From: Ilumatobacteraceae bacterium
Lineage (GTDB): Bacteria; Actinomycetota; Acidimicrobiia; Acidimicrobiales; Ilumatobacteraceae
Assembly (NCBI GenBank): GCA_022843125.1
Contig: JALHOG010000001.1
Location: 6,088 to 70,087 of the forward strand
DNA length: 64,000 nt
Direction: 5' to 3'
Within the stretch, counting starts at the first letter, position 1; each line of letters opens with the position of its first letter. The translations under genes were made by a program, and so were the position numbers. Shown piece by piece: positions 1-9,568 of this stretch. A model generated the notes under the pieces. The model did not search any database. It had not been told where the DNA came from and saw only the letters and a program-made list of their open reading frames with translations.

Positions 1-245
1 CGGGGATACCGCAGCTCGCCGAGCGCTCGGAGCGTGCTCTCGATCACCGCCGCTTCATCGTGCGCGGGCACGAGCATGAGGAAGCGGTGCACAGGCGCCC
101 CGTCGATCGCCGGGCGTGAGCGTCGCGCCCCGGCGAGCGTGAGCAGGCCGAGGTACGCCGCGATCGCCGCGTTGACGGCGGTCAGGACGGCGAGCGGCGC
201 GTCGGCTGCGGTGCCGGCGGCTCTGATGCCGCGTCGAGGGTGCAT
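1..245 (-). CDS. glycosyltransferase family 2, N-terminal fragment (gene runs off the window start)
   Basis: Absent from the ORF track because it has no stop in the window. My reverse translation from ATG at 245 gives MHPRRGIRAAGTAADAPLAVLTAVNAAIAAYLGLLTLAGARRSRPAIDGAPVHRFLMLVPAHDEAAVIESTLRALGELRYP. That is a TM helix followed by the VPAxxE...L..L..YP opening typical of GT2 enzymes. The start lies 2 nt after the upstream stop (248-250). Confidence 0.6.
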   Translation of the reverse strand, partial: MHPRRGIRAAGTAADAPLAVLTAVNAAIAAYLGLLTLAGARRSRPAIDGAPVHRFLMLVPAHDEAAVIESTLRALGELRYP

Positions 246-247
246 CG

Positions 248-838
248 TCAGACCGTCGACTCGGGAAGGATCCGGGCGGGTACGCCAACGGCAGTGCAAC
301 GATCTGGGACGTCACGCAACACGACAGCGTTCGCGCCGACTCTGGCGTCGCAGCCGACCGTGATCCCGCCCAGGATGCGGGCGCCGACCCCGATGAACGC
401 ACGGTCGCCCACCACGGGCCACACCCCATCCTCGAGCGTGCCGAATGTGACCTGCCCGACGACGGTGACGTCCTCGCCGATCGAGGCGGCATGGAGGACG
501 CAGCCCACCGGGTGGGCGATGTACAGCCCGCCGCCCACCGGGGTCGACGGCGCGAGTTCGAGACCGTACAGCCGCAGGAGGCGTCGTTGGACGTAGCCGC
601 CGACACCACGGACACCGGCAGCGCGACACCATTGAGCGAACCTGAACCACGCCATCGCACGCAACGGTGGGTACCGGATGAGCAGCCGCAGGGCGATCGG
701 CCACGTCACCTCGGAGGGGTCGGCGACCTGCTGCGGTCTGACCCAGCGCGCGGCATCGCGCGTGAAGTTGACGATGTGTTCGCCGCCCGCCGGACGCAGC
801 ATGGTGCGTAGTCTGCCACCGGGGGCGAACATCTCCAT
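248..838 (-). CDS. hexapeptide-repeat (LbH) O-acetyltransferase, serine-acetyltransferase/WcaB-like
   Basis: C-terminal part of ORF 248..1324. It contains IGEDVTVVGQVTFG...VVGDRAFIGVGARILGGITVGCDARVGANAVVLRDVPDRCTAVGVPARIL. I trimmed it to ATG 838 (MEMFAPGG) because the upstream part overlaps the acyltransferase gene ending at 877. Confidence 0.8.
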   Translation of the reverse strand: MEMFAPGGRLRTMLRPAGGEHIVNFTRDAARWVRPQQVADPSEVTWPIALRLLIRYPPLRAMAWFRFAQWCRAAGVRGVGGYVQRRLLRLYGLELAPSTPVGGGLYIAHPVGCVLHAASIGEDVTVVGQVTFGTLEDGVWPVVGDRAFIGVGARILGGITVGCDARVGANAVVLRDVPDRCTAVGVPARILPESTV

Positions 839-876
839 GTGAATTCGGTTGGGCGGCTCGGCGCGCCGCCGGCCCG

Positions 877-2079
877 TCACCCAGCGCCGCCCCACCGGCC
901 GACGATGGCGTTCCGGGCCGGTACCTCGAGCCAGCGGTGAGCCAACGCCGAGGCCCCGAGCGTGACGACCACCGCGCAGATGGCCTCCAGCTGCGTCGGA
1001 GGTGCGGGGCCGTCGTTGACGACCAGCCACGCAGCCCACTGGAGGATGTAGAACGCGTAGCTGACCTCGCCGAGCCGGACCATCGGACGTGTCGCGAGGA
1101 TCCGACTCAGCGGGCTCGAGCCCCACGCGACTGCAGCGATGATGGCCACCACCACGGGGAGGTACACCGCGAAGAGCCGCAGATCGACCAGCGCTCGGGC
1201 GTCGGTGGCTGCGGGGTAGCAGGCCGCCGCAGGGCACGGTGACGTGAACTGGATGGCGACGGCTCCGACGCAGGCGCCGATGAGGAGCCCCGAACGCACG
1301 CGCTGTGACTCCAGCCATCGCCAACCGCCGCGTGCGTCACGCCGGTACTCGGTGCGGAACGCAGCGCCGAGGAGACAGCCGATCACGAACTCGCCGAGCC
1401 GCAACGCCGGGATGTTGGCGAGCCGGCTGACGATCAGTCGGGCGCCGTCGACGTCGCCGTTCCGGCCGAGCAGGTAGGCGCCGGCAGCGATCGAGATCGT
1501 GACGTACGCGGTGATCTGGATGACAGCGACCGACGCGATCGCACGCCCGATCCAGCGTCGCCGCATGATCGGCCACACCACCATCGGGACGAGCAACGGA
1601 AACGTCACGTAGAAGAACGCCTCGACCGAGATGCTCCATGCGGGCCCGTTCCAGAGGTTGAACACCTGGAACGGGAACCACGCCTGCACCAGTAGGACGT
1701 TGGCGACGAACCCCACGACCACCGCTGCGGCGCCGTGCTCGGTGAAGGGATCGCGAAGTGCGAGAACGAGCGGTGCCACGAGTGCGAGAGCGAGGAGATG
1801 GAGCGGTGTGATCCGGGCGAACCTCGCGATGGCGAAGCGGCGCATGGAGCCGTCGCTCGTTCGTCGCGCGAGACGTTCTCCATACGTGTGCACGAGCACG
1901 AACCCGCTCAGCACGAAGAACAGGGAGACGCCCGCGCCGCCCTGGGCAGCGGCGGTCGGGTCGAGCCCCGGGATCATCTCCGGGAAGTGTTCGATCGCGA
2001 CCACTACGGCGGCGACGAACCGCAGCCCGGTGAGCGAGTCGATCCGCTCGCTGCCGGTTGTCGTGACGGGTGCAGTCAT
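877..2079 (-). CDS. membrane acyltransferase family 3 (OafA-like O-acyltransferase)
   Basis: ORF 877..2169. The protein is multi-TM and opens with LTGLRFVAAVVVAIEHF, typical of acyltransferase_3. Start taken at ATG 2079 (MTAPVTTTGSERIDSLTGLRF). The upstream GTG/ATG at 2169 is also possible. Confidence 0.8.
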   Translation of the reverse strand: MTAPVTTTGSERIDSLTGLRFVAAVVVAIEHFPEMIPGLDPTAAAQGGAGVSLFFVLSGFVLVHTYGERLARRTSDGSMRRFAIARFARITPLHLLALALVAPLVLALRDPFTEHGAAAVVVGFVANVLLVQAWFPFQVFNLWNGPAWSISVEAFFYVTFPLLVPMVVWPIMRRRWIGRAIASVAVIQITAYVTISIAAGAYLLGRNGDVDGARLIVSRLANIPALRLGEFVIGCLLGAAFRTEYRRDARGGWRWLESQRVRSGLLIGACVGAVAIQFTSPCPAAACYPAATDARALVDLRLFAVYLPVVVAIIAAVAWGSSPLSRILATRPMVRLGEVSYAFYILQWAAWLVVNDGPAPPTQLEAICAVVVTLGASALAHRWLEVPARNAIVGRWGGAG

Positions 2080-2250
2080 GCCGAGCGGCCTCCGCCGCAG
2101 GGACGGTCGCGCTCGGGCATCTCGATCGAACGTGGCCGGGGCCCCACAGCGGACCTCCTCTCGGGTCAACGAAGGCTAGGGCACGGCTGACACACGATCG
2201 CATTCGAATCTGCAGGGTCGCGGCGGCGTCACTCGGGTAGCGTCTGGCCG

Positions 2251-3618
2251 GTGACGGAGCGGCGGAAACTCCTTCCCTTGTCGGCCTGGTGCTTGGTTGC
2301 CTGCGTCCTCGTCGCGGCTGCGTGCTCGGCAACCGAGGACTCTGCGGTGGCGCCCACCACGGTGGCGAGCCCGACCGAGGTGGAGCCCACGGTCCAGCCG
2401 GAGCCGTCGATCGTGTCCACGATTGCGCCGCCCCCGCGAGTGGCGTCGCCAGCGACGCTCGACGGTGAGCGGTTCGTCGAGACGTTCGACGGGGCCCCCG
2501 CGTCGCCCACTCCGTGGCGCCCGAGCAACTGGGACGTCACGGTGCACTCCCGGGACGTGTCCACCTTCGAGCAGCTCGAGCCGATGGCTGCGGAGCACGG
2601 TCCGGACTGCGCCGGGCCACCGGCGACCCACGAGAGCTCGACGTACGAGAGCGCCGTCTATCAGTGTCGGGATCACGTGATGACGGCCATCAACGCCGGT
2701 GGATACGCGATGATCTACCTCACCCCTGATCGTATGGTCGACTTCTCCGAGGGTGAGGCGGTCATCCAGGTCGACGTCTCCACGTTGCGGAGCTCCGATC
2801 GGGACTGGTGGGACGTCTGGATCACGCCGTACGACGACAGCCTGCAGCTGCCGCTCGATCTCGGATCCGACGTCGACGCCACCGGACCACCCAGGGTCGG
2901 GATCCAGGTCACCCTCGCCACCGAGAACCAGATGAAGGCCGTCATCTGGGACGACTTCGAGGCGGTGCAGTTCCCCGACTGGCCCAACGACGCGGTCACC
3001 GGTGACACGTTCACCGGCTACGAGACGTTCCTGACGCCCGACGCGGCACGCAGAGACACCTTCGAGATCGCCATCTCCCGGAACCGTCTCCGCGTCGGCA
3101 TGCCGCAGTACGACTTCTGGTGGGTCGACACCGAGATCCCCGAGCTCGACTGGACGCAGGGCGTGGTCCAACTCGGGCACCACTCCTACAATCCCACGAA
3201 GGACTGCAACGTCGACAACACGCCGGTGCCGCCGGTCGCCGAGTGTCTGCCGAACACCTGGCACTGGGACAACCTGGTGATCGACCCGTCAGTCGGTTTC
3301 TCGATCGTCCAGGTGACGCCGACGCAGGCGGATGCTTCGTCGTCGGTCGTGGAGCTGGAACAGGCGGCGCTCCCGGACTCGCACCTGCGCTTCACCGGGA
3401 TCGGCAATCAGCTCCAGGTCCGCTTCGACGGAGCAGCATGGGAGGACGCACAAGTCCAGGCAACCCAGCGCGAGACCAAGGAAGAGCACTTCGCGAGCTA
3501 CTGGCACCCGATCCCGACCGGGACGACCCGGGTCGAGTTCCGTGGTGAAGACTGGTGGGGAGGGCCGTGGCTCGTCCGGGGTGTTTCGGCGTGGAGCCCG
3601 GCGGTCGTCGCGAACTGA
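2251..3618 (+). CDS. predicted lipoprotein of unknown function
   Basis: ORF track. The N-terminus MTERRKLLPLSAWCLVACVLVAAACSATED has a basic n-region, a hydrophobic core and lipobox-like LVAC/AAAC. The mature part is Trp/Asp-rich (DWWDVWITP, NTWHWDN) and I recognise no family. Confidence 0.6.
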   Translation: MTERRKLLPLSAWCLVACVLVAAACSATEDSAVAPTTVASPTEVEPTVQPEPSIVSTIAPPPRVASPATLDGERFVETFDGAPASPTPWRPSNWDVTVHSRDVSTFEQLEPMAAEHGPDCAGPPATHESSTYESAVYQCRDHVMTAINAGGYAMIYLTPDRMVDFSEGEAVIQVDVSTLRSSDRDWWDVWITPYDDSLQLPLDLGSDVDATGPPRVGIQVTLATENQMKAVIWDDFEAVQFPDWPNDAVTGDTFTGYETFLTPDAARRDTFEIAISRNRLRVGMPQYDFWWVDTEIPELDWTQGVVQLGHHSYNPTKDCNVDNTPVPPVAECLPNTWHWDNLVIDPSVGFSIVQVTPTQADASSSVVELEQAALPDSHLRFTGIGNQLQVRFDGAAWEDAQVQATQRETKEEHFASYWHPIPTGTTRVEFRGEDWWGGPWLVRGVSAWSPAVVAN

Positions 3619-3790
3619 CTGCGGTGAGCCGAGCGGCTCGCCGAGCCACGGCGCGCAACGGAAGGTCACCGATCGTGGGGGAGCGCTACAGTCGGCCGGA
3701 TGGCGGCGGGAACGTGTGCGCGACGCGAGCGCGTCGCGATCGTCCTCGTGCGCCGGACGCTGCGGATCGGATGCGCGCTGGTGATGCTCT

Positions 3791-5290
3791 GTGAGCGATG
3801 ACCTGATCGGCGACGACCCGCCCGCAGCCGTGGCCCCCGACCGATCGTCGGTACGGCGCAACCTCGCGACCTTGATGACGTCGCAAGTCGTCACGTGGAC
3901 CCTCGCGACGGCGAGTGCCTACATCGTCCCGAGGTTCCTCGGACCTGCGGTGCTCGGTGAACTGCGCCTCGCGACGTCGCTGTGGTTGCTCGCCGCCACC
4001 GTCGCAGCCGTCGGCACCACTCAGTACCTCCAGATCGAGATCGCCCAGAACTCCCAGCGCGGGCTCGAGCTGGTGGGGCCGACGCTCGTGCTCCGCACCC
4101 TCGTCCTGCTCGGCGGCGCCGGCGTCATCGGGCTCTACGTGGGCTTGACGGACGGCTCGGGTCGCTTCTTCCTGATCGTCGGGCTGGCCGGGGCGGCGGC
4201 GACCGTGATGCTGTGGGCCGACGCACTCGGCGCGGCATTCATGGGCCTGGAACGGATGTCGGTGCCGGCGCTGGCGAACGGGCTCAACAAGGGGATCTAC
4301 TTCGTCGGCATCGTGATCCTGCTCGGTGTCGGAGCGGGCGTGTGGGGCGTGCTCGGTGTCACCATCGCGGCGCCGCTGATCGTGCTCGTCTACCTCATGG
4401 TGCAGTTCGGTCGACGGGCGCCACTGTCATTCGCCGGCTGGCCCGCCGAATCGCGACGGATCTTCGGGGCGAGTCGTACATTCATGGCCGCGACAGTGGC
4501 GTTGGTCGCGTACCAGCAGATCGACATGATCGTCATCTCATGGGTCGCCGATGAGGAGGACCTCGGCTGGTACGGCGCGGCTGACGTGTTGTTCGGCTCG
4601 CTGCTGTTCCCGGCAACGGTGCTGATGGGAGCGATCTTCCCGACACTCGGCCGCCTGCACAAGAGCGATCCGGCCGAGCTGCGCCGTCTCGTGGAGCGGG
4701 CGTTCTCGTTGCTCGTGCTGGCGGCAGTGCCGATCGGTCTCGGCACCATGGTCATCGCTCCCCGCTTCGCGCCGCTCCTCTACGGCGATGACTTCGCCGA
4801 GACCGGACAGGTGCTCGAAGTACTCGGACCGGTGGCGATCCTGACGTTCGGCACGATCCTGTTCGGCACCGTCGCCCTCACCACCGAGCGCGGGTCGTTG
4901 TGGGTCGCGGTGATGTTCGGCGCGGCAGCGCTCACCATCCCGCTCGACCTGCTCCTCGTGCCCTGGGCTGACGACCGCTACGGCAACGGCGCTGTCGGGG
5001 GTGCGCTCGCATACGTCGTCACCGAGGCGATCCAGTTCGGGATCGGGATCGTGGTCGTGACTCCCTTTCTCCTGAACCGCGCCCTGCTGTGGAGAGTCGC
5101 TCGGATCGCCATCGCCGGTGGCGCCATGTTGGCGGTCGGGCTGCTGCTGCGGTCCTCCCCCCAACTCGTCACCATCGCCGCATGCACGGGGGTGTACGCA
5201 GTCGGCATCCTGGCTCTCCGTGTGCTCTCCGAGGACGAGCGTCAGATGATCCGTGGCCTGCTCGCCAAGGTCGGGGTCGGCTCCGCGTGA
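3791..5290 (+). CDS. polysaccharide/oligosaccharide flippase (Wzx/MOP superfamily)
   Basis: ORF track, 499 aa. It is highly hydrophobic with about 12-14 predicted TM segments. Its size and layout fit the polysaccharide biosynthesis protein family, and it sits in a glycan locus. Confidence 0.75.
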   Translation: MSDDLIGDDPPAAVAPDRSSVRRNLATLMTSQVVTWTLATASAYIVPRFLGPAVLGELRLATSLWLLAATVAAVGTTQYLQIEIAQNSQRGLELVGPTLVLRTLVLLGGAGVIGLYVGLTDGSGRFFLIVGLAGAAATVMLWADALGAAFMGLERMSVPALANGLNKGIYFVGIVILLGVGAGVWGVLGVTIAAPLIVLVYLMVQFGRRAPLSFAGWPAESRRIFGASRTFMAATVALVAYQQIDMIVISWVADEEDLGWYGAADVLFGSLLFPATVLMGAIFPTLGRLHKSDPAELRRLVERAFSLLVLAAVPIGLGTMVIAPRFAPLLYGDDFAETGQVLEVLGPVAILTFGTILFGTVALTTERGSLWVAVMFGAAALTIPLDLLLVPWADDRYGNGAVGGALAYVVTEAIQFGIGIVVVTPFLLNRALLWRVARIAIAGGAMLAVGLLLRSSPQLVTIAACTGVYAVGILALRVLSEDERQMIRGLLAKVGVGSA

Positions 5291-5360
5291 GTGTGACGCC
5301 GGGGCGATGCCTCGCCCATGCGGCAGGCACTCCGCCCCCGCATCGGCGGAGGACGAATAC

Positions 5361-6569
5361 ATGAACACGGGTTCCGCAGATCGACTACCATCGGGGCCGA
5401 TGAGGCCGGCACGATCCAACGGGCGGGATGACCGGGTCCGGCTGTTGCTGATGACCAACTCGGTCGCCGTCGGCGGGATGGAGGAGCACGTTCGCCTGAT
5501 CGCTCAGGAGCTCGATCGCAGCCGCTTCGAGGTACATGCAGTGCTGCCCGACTGGTCGGCCACGAACGACTGGGCTCCGGCGCTCGGGGCCGCCGCCGAC
5601 ACGCTGACCTTCCTCACGCCCGATCGGCGGCACGGTGCCTCGGCGCAGGTGCGGGAGCTGTGGCGGCTCGTACGGTTCGCACGCGCGAACCGGTTCGACG
5701 TGGCGCACGTGCACGGCACGTCGTATCACGGCCTGTCACTCACGATCCTCGCCCTCCGCCTCGCCGGGGTCCGCCGCATCTGTCTGACCGAGCACCTCGC
5801 TCCCGAGGAACCCCAGTCGCGCCGACTCCGCCTCATGAGGGCGGGCCTCTCCCGCATGCTGTCGGTCCTGGTCGCCGTGTCCGAGAACAACCGCGACGCT
5901 CGCGTCGCCAACCTCGGCATGCCGGCCTGCCCGATCGAGGTCGTCAACAACGGCATCGACGTGTCGCGGTTCGACAGTGCCGACGACCCTGCGTCGGCGG
6001 CGGCTCTTCGCGAGGAGATCGGCATCGACCCGGGGGCGCTCGTCGTCGGCACCGCCATCAGGCTGGAGGCCGACAAGGGTGTCGACGACCTGGTGCGGGC
6101 GTTCGCCCTCGTCCGCGAGCGGCACGGCGACGCCGAGCTCCTGATCGTCGGGGACGGCTCGCAGCGGCTCGCGCTCGAGGCGTTGGCCGAGCAGTGCGGC
6201 GTTGCGGACCACACGCGCTTCGTCGGGTTCCAGCCTGCACCCCAGCCGTACATCCGCCTCATGGACGTGTTCGTGCTGCCGGTGCCGTTCGGTTCGGCCT
6301 CGATCGGCTTGCTCGAGGCCATGGCGATGTCGCGACCGTGCGTGATCACCTTCGGCGGCCGCAAGGAAGCGGTCGTCCACGACGAGTGCGGGTATTGCGC
6401 TGCGCCGAGAGACCCCGCCTCGCTCGCCCATCACATCGGACTCCTGCTCGATGACGATGAACGGCGGATGGAGTTCGGGCGCAAATCCCGTGAGCGGGTC
6501 GAACGCGAGTATTCTGCAGTCCGAGTGGCTCGCCATCTGGAGGTGATCTACGGCGGATCGATGGGTTAG
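5361..6569 (+). CDS. glycosyltransferase family 4 (GT-B)
   Basis: ORF 5253..6569. Contains RVRLLLMTNSVAVGGMEEHV plus the C-terminal GT4 signature (FVLPVPFGSASIGLLEAMAMSRPCV). Start chosen at ATG 5361, preceded by GGAGGA. ATG 5400 is an alternative. Confidence 0.85.
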   Translation: MNTGSADRLPSGPMRPARSNGRDDRVRLLLMTNSVAVGGMEEHVRLIAQELDRSRFEVHAVLPDWSATNDWAPALGAAADTLTFLTPDRRHGASAQVRELWRLVRFARANRFDVAHVHGTSYHGLSLTILALRLAGVRRICLTEHLAPEEPQSRRLRLMRAGLSRMLSVLVAVSENNRDARVANLGMPACPIEVVNNGIDVSRFDSADDPASAAALREEIGIDPGALVVGTAIRLEADKGVDDLVRAFALVRERHGDAELLIVGDGSQRLALEALAEQCGVADHTRFVGFQPAPQPYIRLMDVFVLPVPFGSASIGLLEAMAMSRPCVITFGGRKEAVVHDECGYCAAPRDPASLAHHIGLLLDDDERRMEFGRKSRERVEREYSAVRVARHLEVIYGGSMG

Positions 6570-6572
6570 GTA

Positions 6573-7694
6573 ATGCGACGATTTCGAATCGCGTTCGTGC
6601 TCGACCAGGTAGCGGGGCACGTCACGAACGCACAGAACCTGCGGCGTGTCCTCGAGGACGACGACGAGATCGACCCTGTCTGGGGCGAGATCAACTACGT
6701 CAAGGAGGGCGGTCGGATCGAGCGTGCTCACGACCATCTCCGCTGGCTACCGTCGCATCCGTTCGGCGTTGCTCGTGGCGTCGTCGAGCAGCGGCGAGTC
6801 CTCACCCAGCGGCCTGTCGATGCGATCATGACGAACACGTCGATCGCTCACTACCAGGTAGGCCCGTTGCGGCGGACCCCGACGCTGTTCGACTTCGACT
6901 CGACCCCCGTGCAGCTCGACCGCATGGGCGGGTACGCCGACCCTGACAGCGGTGCGACGGCGTGGGCGAAGCTGCGCCTGATGCGCCGTCTGTTCCATTC
7001 CGTCGACATCAACCACGCCTGGTCCCACTGGGCGCAGCAGTCGGTCATCGATGACTACGGCGTCGATCCGAACACGGTCGTGGTCAACCCTCCGGGGGTC
7101 GACCTCGCTCGCTGGACCACGCACGGCCGCTCACCCTCGACCCCGGGCGAACCTTCACGGGTGCTGTTCGTCGGTGGCGACTTCGAGCGCAAGGGCGGTC
7201 ACGATCTCCTCGCCTGGCACGCGTCGCTCGCGCCGGGCACCGTCGATCTCGACATCGTGACCCGGGAGGACGTGAGCGCACAGCCCGGGGTGAAGGTGCA
7301 CCACGGGCTCCAACCGAACAGCGCCGAACTGATGGAGCTCTATCGGAGAGCCGACGTGTTCGTGCTGCCGAGCCATGGAGAGTGCTTCGGCATCGCCACG
7401 GTCGAGGCGATGGCCTGCGGCATTCCTGTCGTCGTCAGCGATGTGGGCGGTACCGCAGACATCGTCGATCCTGGCGAGAACGGCTACATCGTGCCCGCCC
7501 ACGACGCACCCGCGCTGGGGCGCGCGATCGAGCAGATCCTGGCAGATCCGGCGATGGCCGCCCACATGGGGCGGCACGGTCGATCGATCGCCGAGGAGCG
7601 TTTCGACGTGTCCCGCAATGCGAAGCGCACGCTCGAACTCCTCAAGCAACTCGCCGATCGCAGTCGGTCGGCGTCAGCGTCAGCGCCGGCGTAG
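6573..7694 (+). CDS. glycosyltransferase family 4 (GT-B)
   Basis: ORF track. Contains FVGGDFERKGG...ADVFVLPSHGECFGIATVEAMACGIPVVVSDVGG (E-x7-E region). It is a paralogue of the GT4 at 17405..18553. Confidence 0.85.
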   Translation: MRRFRIAFVLDQVAGHVTNAQNLRRVLEDDDEIDPVWGEINYVKEGGRIERAHDHLRWLPSHPFGVARGVVEQRRVLTQRPVDAIMTNTSIAHYQVGPLRRTPTLFDFDSTPVQLDRMGGYADPDSGATAWAKLRLMRRLFHSVDINHAWSHWAQQSVIDDYGVDPNTVVVNPPGVDLARWTTHGRSPSTPGEPSRVLFVGGDFERKGGHDLLAWHASLAPGTVDLDIVTREDVSAQPGVKVHHGLQPNSAELMELYRRADVFVLPSHGECFGIATVEAMACGIPVVVSDVGGTADIVDPGENGYIVPAHDAPALGRAIEQILADPAMAAHMGRHGRSIAEERFDVSRNAKRTLELLKQLADRSRSASASAPA

Positions 7695-8654
7695 CGCCGT
7701 CACCCGCGCTCGGGCATCGCGAACGATCGGCCTCAGCGGGCTGAACTCGACGGACGCTCGGACCCGGCGCACCGCATGCCTCCATCCCGTCGACTCGACC
7801 CGTCGGTACTGCGTGATCATGCCATCGAGCCGGCGCTCGGGCCGGAACCCGACGCGTTGGATGAGGCGCTGCAGTGGAAGTTCGTCGTCGTAGAGGAACT
7901 GGGCGTTCTCGGCGGTGCGCGGTCGGACGGCGAAGTTCGCGAACAGCAGGCCGTCACTCGCGATCGCGTCGTGCAGTTGCCGGAGCACGGTCTCGAGGTC
8001 GGGGATGTGCACGAGCGTGTCGATCGCCGTCACCACGTCGTAGCGGGCGGTCGCGAGCAGGTCGTCGTTCAGGTCGATCGACCGGATGTGATCGCCGCGG
8101 CGGCCGTGGCGGAACTGCGCGAACTCCAGCATCGACGTTGCGATGTCGGCCATGTCGGACTCGAAGCCCAACCGGTGGAACATCTGACTGGTGACGCCGA
8201 CGCCACACCCGAAGTCGAGGTGGCGGCCGCGGGTGACCCCCTGATCGGCCAGCTCCGATGCGATCGCCGCGCTCACGGGGTAGCGGTAGAGCTCGGCCTG
8301 CAGGTAGGCGAACCAGAGTAGGTCGAAGCTCCATGACCGGGTGGTGCGGTAGAAGTCGGTGATGCCCGCCGGCGACTCGCGGTCGTCGGCCGACCACTCC
8401 TCGGTCGACCACTCCTCCCAGTGCACGCAACGGTGCACCACCTCGTCGGGCGAGAGTTCGTAGTACTCGGACAGGTCGGCGACCACACCATCGCGGACCG
8501 ATCCGCCATCGAGCCGCAGCGAGTCGCGGAAGCGCTCGAGCGCCGGGCTCTGGGCTGCGCGCGACATGATCGCGCTGAAGTCGGCCGGATCGGGTGCCGG
8601 CTCGTCCGGATCGAGCGGGTCGGGGTGCAGGCCCCCTTTGTCGGGTCCGCTCAC
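7680..8654 (-). CDS. class I SAM-dependent methyltransferase
   Basis: C-terminal part of ORF 7680..9110. Motif I is LDFGCGVGV, followed by YDVVTAIDTLVHIPD. Start taken at GTG 8654, which overlaps the upstream stop as GTGA. ATG 8567 is an alternative. Confidence 0.75.
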   Translation of the reverse strand: MSGPDKGGLHPDPLDPDEPAPDPADFSAIMSRAAQSPALERFRDSLRLDGGSVRDGVVADLSEYYELSPDEVVHRCVHWEEWSTEEWSADDRESPAGITDFYRTTRSWSFDLLWFAYLQAELYRYPVSAAIASELADQGVTRGRHLDFGCGVGVTSQMFHRLGFESDMADIATSMLEFAQFRHGRRGDHIRSIDLNDDLLATARYDVVTAIDTLVHIPDLETVLRQLHDAIASDGLLFANFAVRPRTAENAQFLYDDELPLQRLIQRVGFRPERRLDGMITQYRRVESTGWRHAVRRVRASVEFSPLRPIVRDARARVTALRRR

Positions 8655-9568
8655 GCGCTCGCCCCTCTCGGACGTCGGGCGACACCCATGGCGCTGCGGG
8701 ACAGCCCGAGCAGCACGTGGGGGAGCGAGAACCGGCACGCGTACCAGGTGCTGCGCACCGCTCGGATGCGCGCCCCGTTGCGCCAGTTCTCGCGTGCGTA
8801 GTTCATGAACACGCCGGCGCACCATCCGTGGTGCCGCCACAGGATCGGCCGGAGCCGCAGCTTCGTCGTCAACGGCAGGTCGGCGGTCTGGCGGCGGAAG
8901 ATCATCCCGATCTCGTCGAAGCGATCCCACGACAGCTTCTCCTCCGCCTGGTCTCGCTGGCGGAACAGCAACACCGGTACCTCGATGGCGCCGACCGGGT
9001 GCTTCTTCGCGATTCGCAACAGCCAGTCCCAGTCGCTGTCGCTGATGTAGCGACCGTCGTAGGCGCCCGCCTCGCGCGCCCGGTCCATCCGCGTGAGGAT
9101 CGTGGCGCACTGCGGGAAGTACCCGAGCAGACGCTCGAAGATCATCCCCGAAGCCAGCGGCCCGCTCGGGAACGGTTCGGCGAACGGCTCGAGTGCGGAC
9201 GTGGTCATCTGCGCCTGCCCGTGCACGGCGGCGTACTCCGGATGCGCGTCGAACGCGGCGAGCTGTGCCGAGATCGCAGCGGGGAGCAGGACGTCGTCGT
9301 CGTCGACGAGGCAGTAGAAGTCGCCGGTGGCGGCGTCGAGGCCGCGGTTGCGGGCGCCGGCCATGCCGAGGCCCATCGTTCGGACCACGGTGACCGGGTA
9401 CCCGGCGAGGACCGCCGAGGTGTCGTCGGTCGAACCGTCATCGACGACGACGATCTCGAGATCGAATCGCGACTGGTCGAGTGCCAGAGCCGACTCGATC
9501 GCCGCACCGACCACACGGGCCCGGTTCCTCGTGGTGATGACGATGCTGACGACCGGACGCTGCGTCAT
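8651..9568 (-). CDS. glycosyltransferase family 2
   Basis: Part of ORF 8651..9898. Opens [20 protein letters not shown]...EIVVVDDGSTDDT...DDDD (DxD). ATG 9568 overlaps the upstream stop as ATGA. Confidence 0.85.
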   Translation of the reverse strand: MTQRPVVSIVITTRNRARVVGAAIESALALDQSRFDLEIVVVDDGSTDDTSAVLAGYPVTVVRTMGLGMAGARNRGLDAATGDFYCLVDDDDVLLPAAISAQLAAFDAHPEYAAVHGQAQMTTSALEPFAEPFPSGPLASGMIFERLLGYFPQCATILTRMDRAREAGAYDGRYISDSDWDWLLRIAKKHPVGAIEVPVLLFRQRDQAEEKLSWDRFDEIGMIFRRQTADLPLTTKLRLRPILWRHHGWCAGVFMNYARENWRNGARIRAVRSTWYACRFSLPHVLLGLSRSAMGVARRPRGASA

